A DNA stretch of 64,000 nt, from IMG/VR virus record IMGVR_UViG_3300002835_000043, positions 1 to 64,000 of that record; one strand, written 5' to 3'. Source of the stretch: an uncultured virus (IMG/VR IMGVR_UViG_3300002835_000043). Lineage: Duplodnaviria; Heunggongvirae; Uroviricota; Caudoviricetes. Shown piece after piece: positions 1 through 8,345 of this stretch. Every line of letters begins with the position of its first letter. Positions within the stretch are counted from its first letter, which is position 1. The translations under genes and the position numbers were made by a program. The notes under the pieces were generated by a model that saw only the letters and a program-made list of their open reading frames with translations, was not told the DNA's origin and ran no database searches.

Positions 1-2
1 TC

Positions 3-305
3 CACGCACCGGAGGAGTTCATCGCTTCGATGGAGGACTACCACGGCATCAAGCGTCGTGAGATTCAGTCGATGCTCGTCGGTGCTGGCACCGCCCTGAC
101 CACGGGCGTTCGTGACCTGCACTTCAAGGGTTACTTCGATGAGATGGATGCCATCATGGACACCTTCACGAACACCTCGGAATGGAAGATCGTGAAGATG
201 TCCGTCACCCTCGACGCAGAGGAGTGGATGGATGAAACGAATCTCGCAGACACGCGGGCGTATCGCCGCACCTGCGACCGCATCGCCAAGCGGAGGAACT
301 CCTGA
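3..305 (+). CDS. hypothetical protein, 5' end probably outside window
   Basis: Frame of ORF 30..305 is open back to the window edge; GC-rich codon usage like neighbours. Confidence 0.6.
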   Translation, partial: HAPEEFIASMEDYHGIKRREIQSMLVGAGTALTTGVRDLHFKGYFDEMDAIMDTFTNTSEWKIVKMSVTLDAEEWMDETNLADTRAYRRTCDRIAKRRNS

Positions 306-403
306 TGGAACCGTTCCTGTTCGCAACCGGCATCTTCCTCGGCGCGGGACTCACCGCCGCCATCTCGACACTCGCGTACAACATTCTCTCCAACCTCGAC
401 TGA
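305..403 (+). CDS. small membrane peptide (32 aa)
   Basis: MEPFLFATGIFLGAGLTAAISTLAYNILSNLD; ATG overlaps upstream TGA; one hydrophobic helix; below ORF-track cutoff. Confidence 0.6.
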   Translation: MEPFLFATGIFLGAGLTAAISTLAYNILSNLD

Positions 404-417
404 AAGGAAACTTGAAC

Positions 418-849
418 ATGAACACCGACCCGACCAACGAGAACTTCGACTTCCACGCCTACAAGGACGCGACCGGAGACAGCATGAATATCGTCCACTC
501 CAAGACGATCATGGCACTCTCCGCAAGCGTGAACCGTATGCGTATGGCGACTGACCTGCTCAAGACGAAACTGGTAATCGCCCAAAGCACCAACACCTTC
601 CTCGGCACTCGACTCGCTGCTGCTGGCATTCAGATGACCAGGCACGACAAGAGCATCGTGGACACCTACAAGGCGGTGCAGTTGTCCAAGTCCATCGAAG
701 AAGCGGAGACTGTCGTGACTCGTGGCTTGACAGACAATGAGCGTGAGATCGAAACGCTGGAGGCGCACCTGAAGAATCTGTTGGATCAGATCGAAGGCGA
801 ACTCCGCAAGATGGATGAGCAGGACGGCGAGGAGTGGGAGCAGAAGTGA
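418..849 (+). CDS. hypothetical coiled-coil protein
   Basis: RBS aaggaaa before ATG 418 within ORF 232..849; heptad-like acidic C-terminus. Confidence 0.7.
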   Translation: MNTDPTNENFDFHAYKDATGDSMNIVHSKTIMALSASVNRMRMATDLLKTKLVIAQSTNTFLGTRLAAAGIQMTRHDKSIVDTYKAVQLSKSIEEAETVVTRGLTDNEREIETLEAHLKNLLDQIEGELRKMDEQDGEEWEQK

Positions 850-1160
850 GTCTCCAACCTGTACCATCCGACCTCGGCATTGCAGAGGCGATTGACCTGC
901 TGACGGCAGCAGGTTACGAGTACCACGGTGCTACCACGCAAGAGGGTAGTACCGTTTTCTCGTTTCGTCCTCCTCGTAATCCGAACATTCCTCCCGAAGT
1001 AGGTGCGTTGCTCGTAGAGATGATGCACCTCACCGTGGGTGCAATGCTTCAGGAAGCGACCATCTACCTTCCACCGACGAGGGAAGCGACCGTCTACCTG
1101 CCGCAAACCCCCCGTGTCGCCGCTGACAACCGCTCGCTTGCAAATGAAACCGGAAAGTGA
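846..1160 (+). CDS. hypothetical protein, possible outlier of the small paralog family
   Basis: GTG overlapping upstream stop; AEAIDLLTAAGYEYHG...VFSF resembles array motif. Confidence 0.65.
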   Translation: MSLQPVPSDLGIAEAIDLLTAAGYEYHGATTQEGSTVFSFRPPRNPNIPPEVGALLVEMMHLTVGAMLQEATIYLPPTREATVYLPQTPRVAADNRSLANETGK

Positions 1161-1164
1161 TAAA

Positions 1165-1419
1165 ATGAAAAGCATGAAAACCACAACTTCTCGCATTTCC
1201 ATCGTGACCGACCCGTGCGCCAAGTGTGGGTGCCAGATTGCACCTGCTCGTCGTGATGCCCTTCCGCATACCACTACTTGCGTCAAGTGCAGCGACGCGA
1301 AGGCGTATGTCGGGTTTATGGATTGGGGGCACAAGACTGCCCCCGAGATCGTCATGGTCAACCCCGACGACCGTGAGAACCTGCGGCGTGCCCAAGCGAT
1401 CAACGAGAGGAGGCGTTGA
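1165..1419 (+). CDS. DksA/TraR C4-type zinc finger protein
   Basis: CAKCGCQIAPARRDALPHTTTCVKC matches the CxxC...R..A.P....CxxC DksA/TraR finger; start uncertain (1144/1165/1174). Confidence 0.8.
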   Translation: MKSMKTTTSRISIVTDPCAKCGCQIAPARRDALPHTTTCVKCSDAKAYVGFMDWGHKTAPEIVMVNPDDRENLRRAQAINERRR

Positions 1420-1620
1420 ATGCCGAAGCGTCAACTAGATGCCCTCGACTTGGAAGCAGAACGCGAGGGTGCAGCAGTACGCCGTAGTCATCAGCAAGTC
1501 TGCAAACCGTATGGATACGGTCGCAGCATCACGAAACAACGCCGAATGCAACTCGACGGCGCAGCGAAGATCGAGTGCAGGACAGTCAAGCAATCATTCA
1601 CAAGGTACTCTCACCTATGA
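1420..1620 (+). CDS. small basic hypothetical protein
   Basis: RBS gaggagg; abuts both neighbours. Confidence 0.6.
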   Translation: MPKRQLDALDLEAEREGAAVRRSHQQVCKPYGYGRSITKQRRMQLDGAAKIECRTVKQSFTRYSHL

Positions 1621-1955
1621 GTCAAGTCACCATCAAGCGAAGCAATCTCATCAAGCGGAGTCATGCCACCTACGCCATCACGGAGGTGGACAACCTGCCG
1701 AACCATGAGTGCATCGCCGTCAAGACACTCCAAGCGAACGGATATGTGTTCGCAGACGCAGCGAACGGATACACTCACTTCGGAAACGAGAAAGTGAATC
1801 CGGGCGAAATCATCTTCCGCTTCAGCGACCCATACGGTGACGATTGGGTGTTCATGCGGGCAGATGAACTGCTCACGGAAGCCAATCTCTACAAGCGACC
1901 GACGAGCAATCGTCGCAGCGAGCGTACTCCACTCACGCCCTTCTTCATCAGGTGA
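1617..1955 (+). CDS. small paralog family member 1
   Basis: IAVKTLQANGYVF...IIFRF...MRADELLTEANLY; ATGA overlap. Confidence 0.7.
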   Translation: MSQVTIKRSNLIKRSHATYAITEVDNLPNHECIAVKTLQANGYVFADAANGYTHFGNEKVNPGEIIFRFSDPYGDDWVFMRADELLTEANLYKRPTSNRRSERTPLTPFFIR

Positions 1956-1958
1956 ACC

Positions 1959-2243
1959 ATGACATCTCGCTCCATTGAAGCAACGCATCAGCAGTCCTTC
2001 GACACCATGACCCGTGAATGGAAGATGAAGAATCGAACCACGATGCAGGACGCGATCACCACCGCTGAAGTGTTCACCGAAAGGGAGTTCACCGGCATGG
2101 TGCTGATGAGCCATGTACCCTACTACCGCTTCAAGCGGCGCGTGGGTGAGTCGGAGACACTTGGACCGTATTGGGACATCACGATGGAAGAACTGCTTGC
2201 CTTCGCGTGGGAAGTCAAGAATCGAATGAGGAACCGAACATGA
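1959..2243 (+). CDS. small paralog family member 2
   Basis: DAITTAEVFTEREFTG...YYRF...ITMEELLAFA. Confidence 0.7.
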   Translation: MTSRSIEATHQQSFDTMTREWKMKNRTTMQDAITTAEVFTEREFTGMVLMSHVPYYRFKRRVGESETLGPYWDITMEELLAFAWEVKNRMRNRT

Positions 2244-2539
2244 AAGTCATCACACACAACCTCGACCATGCCATCATCACGATGGAGCAGACCGCAGGAT
2301 GCAAGTACCTCGGTGAAGATCATGTCCTTCAGCGTCCGGGCAGAACCATCGTCTACCATGTCTTTCAGAATCGCAGCAAGACGAGGACGGTGGCGTTGAA
2401 AACCATCGTGCTGCTGAACCTCGCAGACGCAATCGCTGCATCATGTCGATTGCATTCCGTTCAGGGACATGACAGACTGCCACAGATCATCGACTCGCAG
2501 GTTGAGTACGCTGACGCTGGTGGCTACAAGAGGACTTGA
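2240..2539 (+). CDS. small paralog family member 3
   Basis: HAIITMEQTAGCKYLG...YHVF; RBS gagga; ATGA overlap. Confidence 0.7.
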   Translation: MKVITHNLDHAIITMEQTAGCKYLGEDHVLQRPGRTIVYHVFQNRSKTRTVALKTIVLLNLADAIAASCRLHSVQGHDRLPQIIDSQVEYADAGGYKRT

Positions 2540-2543
2540 GAAA

Positions 2544-2765
2544 ATGACACGCCCATTGACACCCGCTTCCGCCGCTGACAACTTTCACGATACTGACCGT
2601 TCCAAGCGTATCACGAAACTGATTCGCAACGGATATCTGTATTCCGGTTACGACTACCAATCGGGGCACTACATCTTCGTGGTTACTGAACCGAATGGTA
2701 GCACGATGACTGCTTTCCTGACGAAGCAAGGACTGATGAACGAGGCAGACCTGTATGCAGATTGA
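2544..2765 (+). CDS. small paralog family member 4
   Basis: RITKLIRNGYLYSG...HYIF...LTKQGLMNEADLY. Confidence 0.7.
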   Translation: MTRPLTPASAADNFHDTDRSKRITKLIRNGYLYSGYDYQSGHYIFVVTEPNGSTMTAFLTKQGLMNEADLYAD

Positions 2766-2952
2766 CCAAAACGACTGGCGCCTGCTGGCGGAGATCGCCG
2801 CGTTGAAACACGCAGGCTACCGCTTTCAAAGTTGTCATTCGTCTGGCATTACCGAACCCGTGTGGGTGTTCACGGTGATGATCGACGGCGTGGAGCATTC
2901 GATGGCGTTGAGCCGAAAGAAACTGAAAGAGGAGGCATCCCTGTATGTCTGA
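2755..2952 (+). CDS. small paralog family member 5
   Basis: EIAALKHAGYRF...WVF...LSRKKLKEEASLY. Confidence 0.7.
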   Translation: MQIDQNDWRLLAEIAALKHAGYRFQSCHSSGITEPVWVFTVMIDGVEHSMALSRKKLKEEASLYV

Positions 2953-3244
2953 AAATCGTGAATATCCCATCAGCGTTGAGAGCATGGAGTGGGTCATAAA
3001 GTCCACCGCAGGAGTGTGGGGCATGACGATGACGGTAGACCAAGTTCAGGAAATGGCTACCACGCTAGAGGAGTGTGGGCATTGCAAACTGTTGAGTGTC
3101 CACCGCTGCCCCTCCGTCAATGGATTGAAGGAAATGTTCTACTTTCGCTTTCGCTTCGACCGCCACAACGACGAGATGCTTCTGACTGTTGCTACGCTCG
3201 CCGCGTATTCAGACCACGCTCGCAAGGGAAATCTAGGACTTTGA
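2945..3244 (+). CDS. small paralog family member 6
   Basis: EMATTLEECGH...FYF...LTVATLAAYS; RBS gaggagg. Confidence 0.7.
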   Translation: MSENREYPISVESMEWVIKSTAGVWGMTMTVDQVQEMATTLEECGHCKLLSVHRCPSVNGLKEMFYFRFRFDRHNDEMLLTVATLAAYSDHARKGNLGL

Positions 3245-3245
3245 C

Positions 3246-3488
3246 ATGATTCACTCAATCGAAAAGCAGGAACTCTACAACGCGATCACGACCATCGAGG
3301 AGTTGGATCATGTGCGTCATTCCGGTTGGGAAGTGCGTAATGGAAGGACTAACGCCATCTTCACTACCTTCGACCGTAGCAACGGACTCCCCATAGATCA
3401 GTTCTGTCTCACCGAGCAGGAGATTCTTGAAAGTGCAAAGCAACTCATCATTTACCCAAAGCGCCGAGGTATCCGTGGTCACATCTGA
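3246..3488 (+). CDS. small paralog family member 7
   Basis: NAITTIEELDHVRHSG...AIF...LTEQEILESA. Confidence 0.7.
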   Translation: MIHSIEKQELYNAITTIEELDHVRHSGWEVRNGRTNAIFTTFDRSNGLPIDQFCLTEQEILESAKQLIIYPKRRGIRGHI

Positions 3489-3762
3489 TTCCCTGAAACC
3501 CGTCCTGTTCCTGCCCCCTGACGACAAGGTGCTGTCTGCTGCCATGCTCGGTCACGCCATCACCACGGTCGAGAATCAGCAGGGGTTCGGTCACGGCAAC
3601 GAGATCGTCTATGTCGGATACACGCACGACACCGACCTGAACAAGCGTATGTACCACTTCTACGCCAGCCTGCACGGCAAGGTGATGAAACTCACCTTCG
3701 ATGAGAAGGGAATCAGCAAACTCGCACTTGAAGAAATGAGACAGCAAGGACTGCCAAAATGA
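3475..3762 (+). CDS. small paralog family member 8
   Basis: GTG after gaggt; HAITTVENQQG...YVG...YHF. Confidence 0.7.
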   Translation: MVTSDSLKPVLFLPPDDKVLSAAMLGHAITTVENQQGFGHGNEIVYVGYTHDTDLNKRMYHFYASLHGKVMKLTFDEKGISKLALEEMRQQGLPK

Positions 3763-4016
3763 CAGAAAAACCAATCTACATCGACCCTGACTCTCATGCC
3801 ATGGTTCAGGTGTATGCCAACGCCATCACGAGCATGGAGGAAGCAGAAAACCTCACCTTCTTGCACTACGATCCCGACTTCGCATGGGTGGATCACGCAC
3901 GAAAGAAAGCACGAAAGGGAATGTTCGTGTTTCGGGACAATGGACGACACCGACCGTCGATGGTACACCACCGACTCGAACCGCTCGACTACCTTCTTCA
4001 GAACTACATCACATGA
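3759..4016 (+). CDS. small paralog family member 9
   Basis: NAITSMEEAENLTFLH...FVF; ATGA overlap. Confidence 0.7.
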   Translation: MTEKPIYIDPDSHAMVQVYANAITSMEEAENLTFLHYDPDFAWVDHARKKARKGMFVFRDNGRHRPSMVHHRLEPLDYLLQNYIT

Positions 4017-4291
4017 CACGAAACCCACCCACACTCGATCCCTACTACCCTCTCTCCCGTAACGAGGAAGCAATCATCACCACGCTGGAGGACACCACCG
4101 GATTGGAATACCGAGGATGCTTCAACCGAGAACATCCTAGCCGTATCGGTGTCGTGACCTACTTCGTCTTTGCTACCGGACTGAACCCCAAGAAAACGGT
4201 ATATCAAGTTCTCACCCATAAGGAAATCAAGAACTTTCTGAAAGTCACACTTTCCATGTACCCCAAGAGTGGGATTCGCTTTCTTCCATAA
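4013..4291 (+). CDS. small paralog family member 10
   Basis: AIITTLEDTTGLEYRG...YFVF...LTHKEIKNF; ATGA overlap. Confidence 0.7.
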   Translation: MTRNPPTLDPYYPLSRNEEAIITTLEDTTGLEYRGCFNREHPSRIGVVTYFVFATGLNPKKTVYQVLTHKEIKNFLKVTLSMYPKSGIRFLP

Positions 4292-4301
4292 GGAATCACA
4301 T

Positions 4302-4541
4302 ATGAGCCAAGTTCAAATAATGGTAGACGATCTCGCAGCAATGATTATGACCTTTGAGGAGGGAATGAATCGTAGGTGGAATGGTATTACGACCAATGAT
4401 GAACCCCTGCGTCATATCTTTCTTGAAGTCACGCCCGAGGGTAGAATGAACATGAGTTCTGTACCCATGCTGGTCAAGCCAGAGGATCTTCGTGAATACT
4501 ACTACTCGTACTGCCAGATGAAGAAGGGTATTCAACCGTAG
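4302..4541 (+). CDS. small paralog family member 11
   Basis: AMIMTFEEGMNRRWNG...HIF...VKPEDLREY; RBS aagga. Confidence 0.7.
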   Translation: MSQVQIMVDDLAAMIMTFEEGMNRRWNGITTNDEPLRHIFLEVTPEGRMNMSSVPMLVKPEDLREYYYSYCQMKKGIQP

Positions 4542-4568
4542 TACGGAGGGATCACGAATGGTCACGGA

Positions 4569-4593
4569 GTGGGGGATTGTGGGGGATTGTGGG
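4569..4593 (+). repeat. 10-bp G-rich tandem repeat (gtgggggatt x2.5)
   Basis: gtgggggattgtgggggattgtggg read directly. Confidence 0.8.
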
Positions 4594-4950
4594 AAACTAA
4601 AATAATGCTAATAAATGGGGGTGCTGTGTGATGCTTTGACGGCATCCATGTCTCCGCAGCCCCCCATCAGACGCGCCTGTGAGCGCATTAGAGACACGCA
4701 GATCCATCCGAAACGCACTCCGAGGGACGCAGATACCCTCTGATGTCCTCTGCGAAGTTCAAAAAACACCCCATTCCATACCCTGCACTGCCGCGCTGGC
4801 AACCTGCTGATTTATATTACCCCTCATAACCGCTATATTACTACCGCCCCTCTGAAACCCCCTGTGTTTCCGCTGCCGATTGGGGTCTGTGAAATCTAAT
4901 CCCATCGAATATTATTTCTCGACTTTCAGAGGTGGGCGAGTCGAAAGTTC

Positions 4951-5030
4951 AAAAATCCACCATATGCCTACCATATGCCAAGAAATCCTCCATATGCCTA
5001 CCATGTGCAGGGAAATCTACCATATGTGAA
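4951..5030. repeat. imperfect 30-bp tandem repeat (~2.6 copies) built on cCATATG units
   Basis: aaaaatccaccatatgcctaccatatgcca / agaaatcctccatatgcctaccatgtgcag / ggaaatctaccatatgtgaa. Confidence 0.85.
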
Positions 5031-5230
5031 GATTCCTGTATTCCTGCGTGCGGTGAATGCCCCAGAACCAGGACCACCCAGAACCGGTCCTGTGGTCCAG
5101 GTGAGTCCGGCGATTTGAAAGTTCAAATATTACGCCATGTGCTTGAATACCGAGCATTCGAGCATATGTGAGATTTCCGAATATTTGAAGTTCGATATTT
5201 CAACTTTCACCCATGTGGCAATATGTGAAC

Positions 5231-5290
5231 AAAAAAATCTTATGTAATCTTGAAAAGACCCCTTGACTTATTACCGGACCGTGGTATATT
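5231..5290 (+). promoter_or_regulatory. sigma70-type early promoter with A-tract upstream element
   Basis: AAAAAAATCTTAT, TTGACT (5263), 16 bp, TATATT (5285) preceded by TG; same layout at 16167-16225. Confidence 0.65.
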
Positions 5291-5334
5291 TATGTCGTGG
5301 TGATGAAAGCCACAGAAACAGAAAGGACACTCAT

Positions 5335-5628
5335 ATGTCGAACACATCGTACACGAAGAACCAAGTGGAGTTTCTTGCAGAGTGCAAGAAGCACTTTCCG
5401 AACAAGACCGTTCTCACCCGTAAGGAACTGCTTACGGTCAAGGACGCTCTCGGTTACAGCGTGATCCCCGTATGGGTCACGGGCGACCCTGCTCGCAAGG
5501 CTGGTCGGGCGCAGTATTCCTTCACGGAACTGTCCTCCGACATCGCCGCCCTGCCCGTGTCCAACGATACGCGAGGTGCGCCGCGTCAGAAGTCGAGGGT
5601 GGCTTCGACGGGTTCAACCACGCCCTAA
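5335..5628 (+). CDS. hypothetical early protein
   Basis: RBS aaagga, ATG 5335 within ORF 5263..5628, directly downstream of promoter. Confidence 0.75.
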   Translation: MSNTSYTKNQVEFLAECKKHFPNKTVLTRKELLTVKDALGYSVIPVWVTGDPARKAGRAQYSFTELSSDIAALPVSNDTRGAPRQKSRVASTGSTTP

Positions 5629-5761
5629 TACCCGCCTAGATGGCGGCTGGGTTTCGGATGCCTAATCGCATCCCAAACCTTTCCCAATGGGTTGTCTCGG
5701 TGAACTAACCCACCACCACGCCCGCTAGAGCGACTCTAGCAGTTACTTTGGAGATTTCACT

Positions 5762-6016
5762 ATGAAGAATCGCAACAAGTTCCGTCCGTCTTTCGTCGCC
5801 ACCGTCACCGTTGATCTGTACGAGAACAGCACGGACAGCAAGTTCGATGCCTTTGCTGCTCGCATCGCCGGTAGCAATGTGCGTCTGATTGAGTCGGACG
5901 GCGGCACCTACACCTACGAGGTGACGGATGCTGGTCTGCCCATCGTGATCGACCGCTGGAACAGCCGCCTCGGCACCGGCATGAGCGACGCGAACATCAG
6001 CGTCAGCCGCGCCTAA
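5762..6016 (+). CDS. hypothetical protein
   Basis: RBS ggag; followed by GC-rich hairpin. Confidence 0.7.
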   Translation: MKNRNKFRPSFVATVTVDLYENSTDSKFDAFAARIAGSNVRLIESDGGTYTYEVTDAGLPIVIDRWNSRLGTGMSDANISVSRA

Positions 6017-6030
6017 TCGCACGATGAGGT

Positions 6031-6072
6031 GAGGAATACGAGGGGGGTCGCAAGACCCCCCTTTCCTCGTTT
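6031..6072 (+). terminator. hairpin / probable terminator
   Basis: aggggggtc-gcaa-gacccccct stem with GNRA loop followed by T-rich bases. Confidence 0.6.
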
Positions 6073-6075
6073 CAA

Positions 6076-6168
6076 ATGGATGAAGCAATCACTCTCGTAC
6101 TTCTTCTGCTGATCGGCATGGTGCTGGCTAGCAGTTCACTTGAAAACCTGTTTCGGAAAGACCGATGA
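6076..6168 (+). CDS. small membrane peptide (30 aa)
   Basis: MDEAITLVLLLLIGMVLASSSLENLFRKDR; stop overlaps next ATG. Confidence 0.5.
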   Translation: MDEAITLVLLLLIGMVLASSSLENLFRKDR

Positions 6169-6425
6169 CCACTCCTTCACTCAAGACCCGTACTGAACCG
6201 AAGTTTCGCTCTCTGATCGTTCTCGCAGCCAAGAATCCAGGCGATCCCGCTATTTGGGTCGATCCACGACAGCACAATGTGTCGATGGTCACGATCACCG
6301 ATGAGGACTTCGCCATGCTGGAGCGTGGTGTCGTCACCATCGAAGGCATCATTCCAATGGTCGAAATGTCGATTTCTGATTCGACCATGATCGTCCCCGA
6401 GAACTCCCACGAGGTGATCGAATGA
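6165..6425 (+). CDS. hypothetical protein
   Basis: ATGA-coupled on both sides. Confidence 0.65.
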   Translation: MTTPSLKTRTEPKFRSLIVLAAKNPGDPAIWVDPRQHNVSMVTITDEDFAMLERGVVTIEGIIPMVEMSISDSTMIVPENSHEVIE

Positions 6426-6718
6426 GAGCAGAAAAGCGTGTCGTTCCTGATCCGAAGCCCACTTTCACGAATCCCTACACGATTTCCCGTAGGTGTATCG
6501 TGACATCCAAGCATTTCTCCGTGATCGTGGAACGCGATCATTGGGACGCATGGGTGCATGGAAAGGGTAGCAGCAAGACGCTGTTTCCCTACCTGAACGA
6601 CGGGGATCGTGAGTTTCTCGTAAGTTCTTTGTCGCCCGAGGGTTACGAGATTCTGTTCCGTGAGAGCGTTGGAAGCGATCCCGAGGACGATGGTGACGAG
6701 GAAAATCCCGATGTTTGA
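6422..6718 (+). CDS. hypothetical phage protein
   Basis: ATGA-coupled; FPYLNDGDREFLVS-SPE motif resembles a recurrent phage hypothetical family. Confidence 0.7.
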   Translation: MRAEKRVVPDPKPTFTNPYTISRRCIVTSKHFSVIVERDHWDAWVHGKGSSKTLFPYLNDGDREFLVSSLSPEGYEILFRESVGSDPEDDGDEENPDV

Positions 6719-6863
6719 GAAACCCGGTCGAGACAAGCGCCGCAAGCGTCTACAGAACAAGAAGCGTGACCAATGGAAGCGCATGAAGCAGATGGGACGA
6801 AAGGACTACGGTCCTCCGAAGGATGTGAAGCCTTTGGATCGACCTGAAGAACCCCAAATCTGA
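6711..6863 (+). CDS. small Arg/Lys-rich protein
   Basis: RBS gagga, MFEKPGRDKRRKRLQNKKR. Confidence 0.55.
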   Translation: MFEKPGRDKRRKRLQNKKRDQWKRMKQMGRKDYGPPKDVKPLDRPEEPQI

Positions 6864-7269
6864 AAATCCCGAATCATGGGTCTGCCCCACATATGCCTAA
6901 CCGTATATGTGGGGTTTTTCTTTATTTGAACTTATGCACTTGTCACAGATCGAGCAGCTCGAGCACGCCCAGGACCAAATCGAGCAGCCATACATTTCAA
7001 ATATTAGAACTCAAATTATTCTATCAAATTGTAAAGGAAAATCAAGCATATTTGAAGCATTTGGTAGCATCAGAGACACCAGAGGAATACCTGGGACATC
7101 TATAGATGGCGGAATGGGTTCAAGTTCACATATTGAATTTCCCTGTATTCGCTCGCTATCTGCTTATATGGGCGAGTCTCAAACTGAAAAAAACAGTGTT
7201 TCGGCGTATGGGTGGGGGGTGAGCCTCTGCCGTATTAAGCACCCATCCTCTCTTTCTCTTTAACCCCTC

Positions 7270-7392
7270 AATTTTAAAAATACCCCCCTACCCCCAAATC
7301 CTATAAACTTTTCAAATAGGATCCCCCGTATCCAAATTTAAAAAACACACCCCCACCCCCAAAACTGTAAATACTTTCTATTAGGATCCCCC
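7270..7392. repeat. two imperfect ~60-bp direct repeats with A-tracts and C-tracts
   Basis: aattttaaaaatacccccctacccccaaa...taggatccccc and aaatttaaaaaacacacccccacccccaaa...taggatccccc. Confidence 0.75.
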
Positions 7393-7433
7393 ACTCCCTA
7401 ATTTACTAAATACACATAAAAGGAACTATACCC

Positions 7434-7853
7434 ATGAATATTAACGAATCATCCCTTAGAGAATATGTAAATAATGTCGTAAAGAGCATTTTAGAAGATG
7501 TTTTTGATAGTCCTACATCAGCAGCAGCAAGTAGAGCAAATGTCAAAAAAGCAACAAAGGTATTGGGAGCAAGTTCACCACATACAAAGTCATTAACTAA
7601 ACTTCACAATACTATGAAGAAAAGTCCTTATCACTATGGTATCGCTGATGATGAATTAGAAAGAAGAGAAATTGAAAAGTATGATGATTTGGATTCGCGT
7701 GATGTTCCTGCTTCAAAACCTACACTAACTCCAATGAAAGGAAAGGGATACGATGGATATGATGCTATATTTGGAGGTTCTAAGAAAGGTATAAACCTTG
7801 GAGTTATTAAGAAGGCTGCAGCAGCAATTAGTAAAAAGACTAAAGGTAAATAA
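7434..7853 (+). CDS. probable internal head protein
   Basis: Late-promoter variant ACTAAATA upstream; INE/ILE cleavage-like sites; basic tail. Confidence 0.6.
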   Translation: MNINESSLREYVNNVVKSILEDVFDSPTSAAASRANVKKATKVLGASSPHTKSLTKLHNTMKKSPYHYGIADDELERREIEKYDDLDSRDVPASKPTLTPMKGKGYDGYDAIFGGSKKGINLGVIKKAAAAISKKTKGK

Positions 7854-7869
7854 AGACATTTAAAGAAAT

Positions 7870-7900
7870 AAAAAACCCCGCTTCGGCGGGGTTCTTTTTT
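7870..7900. terminator. bidirectional intrinsic terminator
   Basis: aaccccgc-ttcg-gcggggtt flanked by A and T runs between convergent genes. Confidence 0.9.
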
Positions 7901-7929
7901 ATAATTTAAAGAGTATTACTTACTCTCCT

Positions 7930-8322
7930 CTATTTCTTCTTTTTCATTCTTGCTGCTGCTGCTCCAGCACCAGTTACCGCACCGAGTCCAGCACCAGTAC
8001 TCAATCCTGCTGCTGCCGCTGCTGTTGCTTTCTTTGCTGCTTCTACTTTACCTACCATTGTCTTTTCGGGTTCTTTGAATGTGTGCTCTACTGATCCTGC
8101 TGCACTACCGGCTGCACCACCAAGACCTGCACCAAGACCTGCTGCTAAGAGTGCTGCTCCGAGTTTCTTTTTGATATTTTCTGTTAACTCTTCTTCATCT
8201 AGAAGATCTACTAAAATGTTCTCTAGAAGTTCTGAGTACTCTTGTTCTGACTTTAGTTCTTCTGAGAGTCTATGTGACTCGTTTAGGTAGTAATTGTATT
8301 TTTGTGCTAATGGATTGTTCAT
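7930..8322 (-). CDS. probable internal head protein with duplicated N-terminal leader
   Basis: MNNPLAQKYNYYLNESHRLSEEL leader shared with 11102..11500; Gly/Ala hydrophobic C-terminal part. Confidence 0.75.
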   Translation of the reverse strand: MNNPLAQKYNYYLNESHRLSEELKSEQEYSELLENILVDLLDEEELTENIKKKLGAALLAAGLGAGLGGAAGSAAGSVEHTFKEPEKTMVGKVEAAKKATAAAAAGLSTGAGLGAVTGAGAAAARMKKKK

Positions 8323-8345
8323 TTGTTTTCCTTTAATCGTATTTA

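Noticed and set aside
4951..5030. CRISPR mini-array
   Set aside because: Repeats are head-to-tail with no unique spacers; no cas genes in the window
4932..5171. 79-aa Cys-rich ORF with STICLP repeats
   Set aside because: Peptide repeats are a by-product of the 30-bp DNA repeat; related motifs recur in noncoding 6880-7200
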